A DNA stretch of 64,000 bases, from positions 67,248,023-67,312,022 of the forward strand of contig NC_068984.1 of NCBI RefSeq assembly GCF_001194135.2, read 5' to 3'. The notes beneath the pieces were generated by a model. The model saw nothing but the letters and a program-made list of their open reading frames with translations, had not been told where the DNA came from and ran no database searches. The stretch is from Octopus bimaculoides (lineage: Eukaryota). Position numbers and translations under genes: made by a program. Shown piece by piece: positions 55,435-64,000 of the stretch (position 1 is its first letter; the number at the start of each line of letters is the position of its first letter).

Positions 55435-56965
55435 AACACTAAACAAGATCAGGACATATATCCGTCAATACAGAAATGTCTTACACTGGATCTTGTATTT
55501 TGGAATTCCCAATAAGTTATGAATGCCCAAATAGTGAAGTCAGTTATGTAATAACATGAAATTAGTTACCCGATAGTAAGAATTCAAATAAAGTAGCCCT
55601 GAAAGGGTTTTAATACATTCCCAGACTACATAGAACTTAGGTGGAAATACTAATAAGGTATGTTAAACTAAAATCGTGAAGCATTTTACGTAATAACAGG
55701 CTAATTAGATATGAGATAATCACAATTCAAAGTAAATAATTCTGAAAAGGGCTTTTGTGCGTTCCTAGAGAATATTATTCTCAGCGGCGCTAGTATTGGT
55801 TTATTAATGAAAAAGTCACTAACCGAAATAAGCGGATCTATTGTTTATGAAAATACTATTTACTTGTTTAAGGGTTGTACTGGATAAATTTGCGAAAGTA
55901 AATCGAACAGTTCAAATACTAAGAAATAAGCATACTCAATTTCATTTTACCAAATAATTTAGGAAAATAATTGGGTTATTTCCCTTGGCTATATATAAGG
56001 ATCCCTTCCAGGGGCTCTATTATCAATGTGAGAATGCCATGAGGTTTCCAGACATGAGATCTACGCAGGTGTCAAGTTTCATAAAAATTGATAAAACGAT
56101 GTAGGAGGAGTTATCTAACAACTCCACAAACACATCCACAGATAGAATTTCCAACATATGTAGCGTATATATATATATATATATATATATACGTAACAGT
56201 TATATTAATTTTTAATTGATCGCTACGCATCCATTTCCAAGTAAGTTTGTTTTAACCATTTTGATGTGACTCCATACTGTTTTCTCCCCTATTCTCTCTA
56301 ATCTCCTCTTCTCCTTTTCCCCATTTTTTATCTGTCTCTCTCTCCCTTCTTTCTCTTTTTTCTCTCTCTCTCTCCCTCTCGCTGCTCACATGTGACCATC
56401 GTCCATCTTTCTTTTCCTCACGTGAGCATATTTCATTCTTGCACGGACGTTCTAAAGAGTGGACGTCTCCTATACCTCTTCTATCTTTTCTCTCTTCAAA
56501 GAAAATATTTCTCTCACAATTCCCTATTTTACCCTCGTTCAGGTTTAACGACACTCCGTGTTTGCTTTCGTTCGGTTTCCCTGTATGTATCTACTGTCCT
56601 GTTTTTGTTCCTAACTTTGACCCCACCATAAATCCCAAATTTTATTTTGTTATTTATGGGAGCAACTGTCTTCGAAGACAGATATTGTCGATGATTGCTC
56701 GAAATGGGGAGTAGATAGTCAGCCGACAACTGATGAAGGGTCATTCTATGTATTACTTGTCCTTTTCTTTCTCTCGTAATTTGCGTATTCAACTCATTTG
56801 TTTTCGTATTTCATGTTGTTTACTGTTAGTGACGTCCTGTACCCATACATGCACACACATACACATACACACACCCCACACATAAACATATATGTATATA
56901 TAATATAAAAAAATTATATTATTACATACATATATACATACAGACATACATACAATATATGCATG

Positions 56966-57015
<50 letters not shown>

Positions 57016-57620
57016 TACTTAAGCACACCCACATGTACGTGTATATGTACATCCACACAAGTGTTTGTGACGCTTTTATCTGAACATGCTTTGATAGGAG
57101 TGGCGTTCTCCTTCATGTTGCAACCTCATACTTCTGCTTTTATTAGGAGCCAAAGTGAAAATTATTAAAAACAGGAAATGTCAGAAAAATTTATAATGGT
57201 ATTTTGGACACACCTGTTTACCTCAGTTATTGCGATAGACGTTCTGAAGTTCTAAAGTTTCCTGTTTGTAAAATAAGCAAAAATAGGAAAATATCCATTC
57301 AGTAAACTTGTAATGATATCAAACAGAATTCCATAATACCCCCAGATACAGACAAGACTAATACTATCAAGATTAGCAAAAACAACAAAGCTTTCACAGT
57401 TTAGTACAAGGACAAATAATTTAGGGTAGAGGATTAGTCAATTGCTTTGACGACAGTACATTAATTTATCAATCTGTAAAAGAGAAAAGAAGGTCAATCT
57501 TGTGGGGATTTAAAATCAGACTCTAAAGAACTGGAAGAAATGGCGTTAATCCTTTCACCTAACATTCAAACACTTCAACCTGGTCATCGAACCCTTAGAC
57601 CAAGTTATTAATGATAATAA

Positions 57621-57833
57621 TGATTTCAAATTTTGGCAGACGGTCAGTAGGTTCGGAGGAGGGGGAAAGTCGATTACATCAGTCCAAGTGCCTAACTGGT
57701 ACTTATTTTATCGACTTCAGAAAGGATCAAAGACAAAGACGACCTCGGCGGAATTTGAATTCAGTACATCTTAAGGAGGAAATGTCGCTAACATTTTCCC
57801 CGGCGTGCTAGCGATTCTGCCATTTCGCCGCCT
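57621..57833 (-). mobile_element. SINE family B copy, full length
   Basis: Minus strand: aaggcggcgaaatggcagaatcgctagcacgccgggg...gaattcaaattccgccgaggtcgtc...gtcgataaaataagtaccag...aaaatttgaaatc. Confidence 0.88.
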
Positions 57834-57859
57834 TAGTAGTAGTAGTAGCAGCAGTAGTT

Positions 57860-58373
57860 GTAAAAACAATTATGGAATCATTGTTGAAACATGTGAAGAG
57901 TCCATCGTCATTAAGACTGATAATTGTGTAAAGAATGAAAAATTTAAAGAGGAAAAGAATACAAAAAGAAAAGAAAGAACATGGAAGAAGAAAAAATGTA
58001 CGGTCTGTTTGCAAGAGATACGAACGCCAAGACAGATCCAGACGACTCGTGGCTATGGATGAGAAGGGGTGACATGAAGAGAGAGACAGAAGCACTTATA
58101 TGCGCAGTATAAGAACAAGCTTTAAGAACCACATGAAGTGCAGAATAGACAACATTACCGACAGCGACAAATGCAGAATATGTGGTTAGAGGGGTGAAAT
58201 TGTATAGCACATCCTTAAAGTTTGCCTGAATTTGACACAACACAAAAACAAAAGATGACATGTCAATATGGCAAGAATGATGCTTTGGGAGTTCTGTGGA
58301 AATCACGGCATACAAAGAGCAAAGACGTTGTATGAACAAACCCCAGAAGGAGTCACCGATAAGGAAAATCGAA
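57860..58373 (+). mobile_element. Decayed R4/Dong-like non-LTR retrotransposon fragment (post-RT linker and zinc knuckle)
   Basis: With frameshifts: KMYGLFARD..WLWMRRGDMKRETEALICAV*EQALRT, DSDKCRICG*RGEIV*HIL, MARMMLWEFCGNHGIQRAKTLYEQTPEGV. Confidence 0.82.
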
Positions 58374-58384
58374 CGTTTCAACCC

Positions 58385-58584
58385 ATCCTGCAGCTGTCCC
58401 TTACGGGTAGGATATTGTGCATCTAGTTGTATTGTATCAATCAGTGTACCCACATACTTGGAAGAACTTAAAATATGTAGTAGGATATCTCTTATACCAA
58501 ACGCCTGGGGAGACACAGACTACACTGTTTGGTGCAACATGACTAGACGCACAATGTCCTACCCGTAAGGGATAGCTGCAGGTT
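58385..58584. mobile_element. About 200-bp foldback/MITE-like element with about 62-bp inverted arms
   Basis: Left atcctgcagctgtcccttacgggtaggatattgtgcatctagttgtattgtatcaatcagtgt versus right reverse complement aacctgcagctatcccttacgggtaggacattgtgcgtctagtcatgttgcaccaaacagtgt. No clean TSD. Confidence 0.7.
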
Positions 58585-60506
58585 GAGTCGAATCAAGCGT
58601 CGCGTTGAATAAAGACTCGTACCAAATCCATTTTCCGTTTCCTTCATCGATTATAAACCAACCGAACACTGCGGAATTCCTGATGTTGATCCAGTTAAAT
58701 TATAACGTGACTGTGGATAATATAAGGAAGCCCGAACAATGAATGTTCTTTAATCAGTAGACTACTAGAGATATACCCAAAGCCCAAATAATTAATTGTA
58801 CATATATATATATATATGCATATANNNNNNNNNNNNNNNNNNNNNNNNNNNNNNNNNNNNNNNNNNNNNNNNNNNNNNNNNNNNNNNNNNNNNNNNNNNN
58901 NNNNNNNNNNNNNNNNNNNNNNNNNNNNNNNNNNNNNNNNNNNNNNNNNNNNNNNNNNNNNNNNNNNNNNNNNNNNNNNNNNNNNNNNNNNNNNNNNNNN
59001 NNNNNNNNNNNNNNNNNNNNNNNNNNNNNNNNNNNNNNNNNNNNNNNNNNNNNNNNNNNNNNNNNNNNNNNNNNNNNNNNNNNNNNNNNNNNNNNNNNNN
59101 NNNNNNNNNNNNNNNNNNNNNNNNNNNNNNNNNNNNNNNNNNNNNNNNNNNNNNNNNNNNNNNNNNNNNNNNNNNNNNNNNNNNNNNNNNNNNNNNNNNN
59201 NNNNNNNNNNNNNNNTATATATTCACCATTTGCAAAAATTGCTTAGCAAGTTAGTCATACCATCTTGCATCTTTCGAAAATATTTAAAACTATGATATAT
59301 TTGGTGTCTCTCCTTCTTTTTAACGGCGAAATTTGAGTTTTGGCTGCTATTTTAGAAGATTTGGCTGCTATTTTTAACTAGCCAAAGGACTATGGGTAGA
59401 CACCACCAACGTATCGTTAGTGTTTAAATTAAGGAAATGAAATATAGATTTCTTGTTTGTTTCAGAATTAACTAATAGATACGATCTGTTGCATAAACAT
59501 GAGTATGGACGAATAAAATGCATAATACATTCCCTTTAGATTGAATTTCAATAAAGCGTTTGATAAACATATCAACATATTGAATAATTTCTAAAAATTA
59601 TCTCTGATTGCTCTCTAGTTATTGATCTTTTGTAAGAATTACTTCTAATGTTAGAAGTTTACTTATTATTGCTAAATGTACCAATCTGCTCTGTTTTAAT
59701 AGAATTACATATTGTAACTAAAAGAAGAAAGGACTTCTCTTCTGAAGTCCATCCTTTTCATAGCAAAGGTCAGATATCGCAATTGTGTGATCAGTATCAT
59801 GTTGCATTAATAGCTATTATGGTAGATCTCTACATGGGAATCGTGTTCTGCGAAAGTAGGTATGTCAGTGACTTTGATATAATATTACGTATCTTAATAA
59901 CATGCAGTTAATGTCAATAAACACCAAGATGCCAAGAAGTGATAAACACATAACTATTAATTATTCAGGAACACGGAAATGGAAAGGAAATAATTTGCTG
60001 AAAAGATTCGACACAATTTGATAATTTATATAAATGAAGTAATTCATTGATTAAAATAAAGTGATAGTGTATTCAAAATATCATCAGAATAATACTGCCA
60101 TTAACAATATATTTGCTATGTATAGCAGTTGTAAAGCTATTGTACCAGTAAAGCTATAATACCTCTATTGTATATTATATTATTATTGCATTTTAACGAA
60201 ACGTGATATGATTTGACCTCTTCATGATAAATTGCGTGAAGATGATGGAACATGTATCACGTAGATTTAAGGTCACAAACACATACCTGTTGTGATATTA
60301 TTCTCGAGATTTCCGATTTATAAGCCGTATTTATTCACGCTACTTTTATGTATTGTGGAACGGATATTACATAAGTTTCACTTTTGCATCTTGTATTATC
60401 ATAAGTAAGAAAAGATCATGGGCAAAACAAATCATTACGGTTAAGAAGCAAATACAACTGAATAATTTTCAATTATTGGTTTCAACCTCACTGACACTGT
60501 ATTCAG

Positions 60507-60590
60507 TGGTTCCACACGATTATATAGATCCCCGTACTTTGTGTAATGCTACAAGTCGTCTCTGTGGAGAAGAATGCGAATGTTTCAATC
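60507..60590 (+). CDS. Candidate Cys-rich exon (VPHDYIDPRTLCNATSRLCGEECECFN)
   Basis: Acceptor ctgacactgtattcag, donor gtatat, symmetric phase 1-1. The C-N-x5-C-x3-C-x-C pattern resembles the Cys cluster of invertebrate laccase-like multicopper oxidases. Confidence 0.3.
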
Positions 60591-60622
<32 letters not shown>

Positions 60623-61458
60623 NNNNNNNNNNNNNNNNNNNNNNNNNNNNNNNNNNNNNNNNNNNNNNNNNNNNNNNNNNNNNNNNNNNNNNNNNNNNNN
60701 NNNNNNNNNNNNNNNNNNNNNNNNNNNNNNNNNNNNNNNNNNNNNNNNNNNNNNNNNNNNNNNNNNNNNNNNNNNNNNNNNNNNNNNNNNNNNNNNNNNN
60801 NNNNNNNNNNNNNNNNNNNNNNNNNNNNNNNNNNNNNNNNNNNNNNNNNNNNNNNNNNNNNNNNNNNNNNNNNNNNNNNNNNNNNNNNNNNNNNNNNNNN
60901 NNNNNNNNNNNNNNNNNNNNNNNNNNNNNNNNNNNNNNNNNNNNNNNNNNNNNNNNNNNNNNNNNNNNNNNNNNNNNNNNNNNNNNNNNNNNNNNNNNNN
61001 NNNNNNNNNNNNNNNNNNNNNNNNNNNNNNNNNNNNNNNNNNNNNNNNNNNNNNNNNNNNNNNNNNNNNNNNNNNNNNNNNNNNNNNNNNNNNNNNNNNN
61101 NNNNNNNNNNNNNNNNNNNNNNNNNNNNNNNNNNNNNNNNNNNNNNNNNNNNNNNNNNNNNNNNNNNNNNNNNNNNNNNNNNNNNNNNNNNNNNNNNNNN
61201 NNNNNNNNNNNNNNNNNNNNNNNNNNNNNNNNNNNNNNNNNNNNNNNNNNNNNNNNNNNNNNNNNNNNNNNNNNNNNNNNNNNNNNNNNNNNNNNNNNNN
61301 NNNNNNNNNNNNNNNNNNNNNNNNNNNNNNNNNNNNNNNNNNNNNNNNNNNNNNNNNNNNNNNNNNNNNNNNNNNNNNNNNNNNNNNNNNNNNNNNNNNN
61401 NNNNNNNNNNNNNNNNNNNNNNNNNNNNNNNNNNNNNNNNNNNNNNNNNNNNNNNNNN

Positions 61459-61489
<31 letters not shown>

Positions 61490-62298
61490 TTTCTGTCTCT
61501 GTCATTTGCTATACGCACACATGCACGCACACACATACACACATTGAGCAATGAAGAAATTCTTCTCCACCGATTTCACGTTTTAAGTTATTCATGATCA
61601 TGTATCTAATTGTTTTTTTTTTATATTGTAATGACGCCTTTGCTTAGTCGTTAATAAATGCGTAATCATGAAAACAGAGTCAAGAACTGATAACTACTAA
61701 CTGGAAAAGGGCTGTAATAAGGGGAATACAGATCTTCAATAAACTTGAGAAATAAATCTAAATATGATTTAAATTAATTAAATATTAATACATTTAATTA
61801 AAATTAATTAAATTTTAATACATTTAATTAAAATTAATTAAACAGTTATAAATGTAATGAAAAATTAATTAGATGTCAATATTGAAGCATGGTCGATACT
61901 TTCAGAAAGGCTTTATTTATCGGTGGTTGTTCAAATGTTTTGACGCTACAATAATAGAAAGGAAAAAAACATTTGAAATTTAGGCGACGATTAATAAGTT
62001 CTCTGTGAGATATTTGTCTATAGATTTAAATAGTTACCTCTCTGTGTAGGGGTATATACATACGTGCTTACATATATATGCATGCCTATGAAAGTATGCA
62101 TGTATATATGTATGTATGTATGTACAAACATATATACTTATATTCATGTACAAATGGTGATTGTCTAATTGTATTGAAACTAGCAAAAATTTATTTGTAA
62201 CATCAACCACACACACATAGCCAAAATCCCCACCCCATATATATGTGTGTATGTGATTTGTATAATATAAATTTGCGTAAATACTAATATTTAATGTT

Positions 62299-62706
62299 CA
62301 CGCGTGGCTATGTGTTAAGGAACGTGCTTACCAACCACATGCTTCTGGGTTATATCCCACTGGGAGACACCTTGGTCCGACCAGAGCATTGTGGGCGGAT
62401 TTGGTAGACGGAAGCTGGATGAAGCCCGTCGTATATATACATGTATATACATGTGTGTGTGTGTGTTTGTGTGTGTGCTTGCGTGTGTGTATGTGTTTGT
62501 GCATCTTAGAGTTTGTATTTGTCCCACCACTTAAATAGTTTTGGTGTGTTTAAATCCCTGTAACGTAGCGTTTCGGCAAATATGTCCATAGAGTAAATAC
62601 CAAGCTTAATAATAAGTACTGGGGTCGTCTCATTCCATTACATATTCTTCAAGGCGGTACCCTAGCATGGCTGCAGTCTAATGACAGAAACAAGTAAAAG
62701 ATAAAA
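62299..62706 (+). mobile_element. SINE family A copy with internal (TA)/(TG) microsatellite
   Basis: gcttaccaaccacatgcttctgggttatatcccactg...ggatttggtagacggaagctg...ttcttcaaggcggtaccctagcatggctgcagtctaatgacagaaacaagtaaaagataaaa. Confidence 0.85.
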
Positions 62707-62736
62707 ACAAATAGACACACAAACAAAAACACGCGC

Positions 62737-62821
<85 letters not shown>

Positions 62822-63388
62822 TACAAGTTTTCATTTCCTTTTTTATATATACATGTATGCGTGTATGGTATGTGTATGTTGATATATGAGTATTCATAGA
62901 TCATGGGAAGGATATCCGACTACGTGTTTGCAGTTTCTCGGTAAATTGTACGATCACGCTCTTGTTATTACTGTGCAAGTACTTGCTGGCACTTTAGGTT
63001 TGGTGGTACAATAGCTTTACAACTGCTTGATACAGTATATATATTGTTAATGATAGAAATATTTTGAGAGCAATATAATACAAAATAGATGGCTGGTTCT
63101 TTGAATTACAAATCTACTACAAAATTGCCATTTCTTTACCAATATCAAAATACATCTATGGGCCAATTCTTATACGCAAGCGCGCATGCACACATTCACT
63201 CACTCACTCACTCTCTCTCTCTCTCTCTCCCTCTCTCACACACACACAAACAGATATAAATGATTTTAATATTTTCTCTATGTACTGCCCCCCTTCTTAT
63301 TCGACCGAATTTAATCAACCTAGTTATATGTATGTGTATGTGTGCGCGTACGTGCATGTGTGTATGTGTGTGTATGCAATATATATGA

Positions 63389-63465
<77 letters not shown>

Positions 63466-63951
63466 CTTTTATTCATTTACTTGTTTCAGTCAGTTGACTG
63501 CGGCTACATATACCATAAAATATCACGATGTATGACAGGTGAATATATTTAACGTCTTGTTATACCTGGAATTACGGCTGAGTTAAAGTATTGGTGTTCT
63601 TGGGATCTGGATAAGCTAGATTTCTTTATCAGCATTGATTCGAAATGTGCAATTGTATTGAACAATGCGAAGCATGTACATTAGTGCAGGTGTGCAAAAT
63701 AATTCATTATACACTGAAATCAATATTACATGATGAAGGCTACGAAACGGCTGTAATTCTAAGGAGAAGAAGTGGTTAAAGAAATATATTTACATCTGAT
63801 ACCTCTTGATTTTTATGGTTTATATACTCTTCATGAAATATCTTGATCGACTGGATCTCCTGTGTTAATTTACTATGTGTTCTTAAAGCCAGGTCCTCTA
63901 GAGGATCTTTTTGAGATCACCACATGATTATATGAATACAAATATTGAACT

Positions 63952-64000
<49 letters not shown>

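Larger units (their letters stand above)
55157..55479. mobile_element. Inverted-repeat cassette with about 105-bp arms (55157-55262 and 55377-55479) and an (ATT)n-containing spacer; Penelope-LTR-like
   Basis: Left arm reverse complement aaatttccagaaggcacctgaggaaggctggtggatatatcagccgaaacgttgtgttaac versus right arm aatttcccgaagacacctgatgaaggctggaggctatatcagccgaatcgttgtgttaac. Confidence 0.85.

Noticed and set aside
57223-57262. Minus-strand segment with excellent acceptor and donor (ttttacaaacag ... GAG|gtaaac)
   Set aside because: All three frames contain stops. This shows that good splice-site pairs arise by chance here, which is why exon confidences are kept at or below 0.5.
59745-59770. 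HPFHSKG as a multicopper-oxidase HPxHLHG motif
   Set aside because: It lacks the third His and lies upstream of, not downstream of, the Cys cluster.
61765-61845. About 31-bp AT-only tandem duplication with palindromic units (a 24-bp duplication also occurs at about 4367-4415)
   Set aside because: Two-copy slippage duplications in low-complexity DNA, not CRISPR-like (no unique spacers).
63755-63790. atgatgaaggctacgaaacgg as a further hammerhead
   Set aside because: The core starts AUGA rather than CUGA and no stem II can form.

Overview
AT-rich, microsatellite-saturated eukaryotic genomic DNA from a gapped short-read assembly. It has 13 N-runs, most bounded by (AT)n or (CT)n. The repeat families resemble those I recall from octopus (coleoid cephalopod) genomes; this is inference, not a database result. 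There is no long intact ORF, rRNA/tRNA gene or CRISPR array, and nearly all ORFs in the supplied track are microsatellite or N-gap artefacts. Supported content: (1) many copies of three tRNA-headed SINE families, called A, B and C here; (2) a decayed mariner transposase next to a Tc1/maT-like (DD37D-type) remnant at 18.1-19.6 kb; (3) two R4/Dong-like non-LTR fragments; (4) a 580-bp foldback MITE with 30-bp TIRs, an exact 8-bp TSD and a telomeric-repeat palindrome at its centre; (5) two inverted-repeat cassettes (40.4-40.9 kb and 55.2-55.5 kb) whose arms each carry a minimal type-I hammerhead-ribozyme motif of the Penelope-LTR kind and enclose a microsatellite spacer; (6) a probable but unidentified multi-exon protein gene on the + strand, best supported at 28.0-29.5, 38.8 and 47.1 kb, with a competing minus-strand exon chain at 27.5-28.2 kb; (7) a Cys-rich candidate exon at 60.5 kb. 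The exon calls are hand-made from splice signals and open frames and remain tentative.
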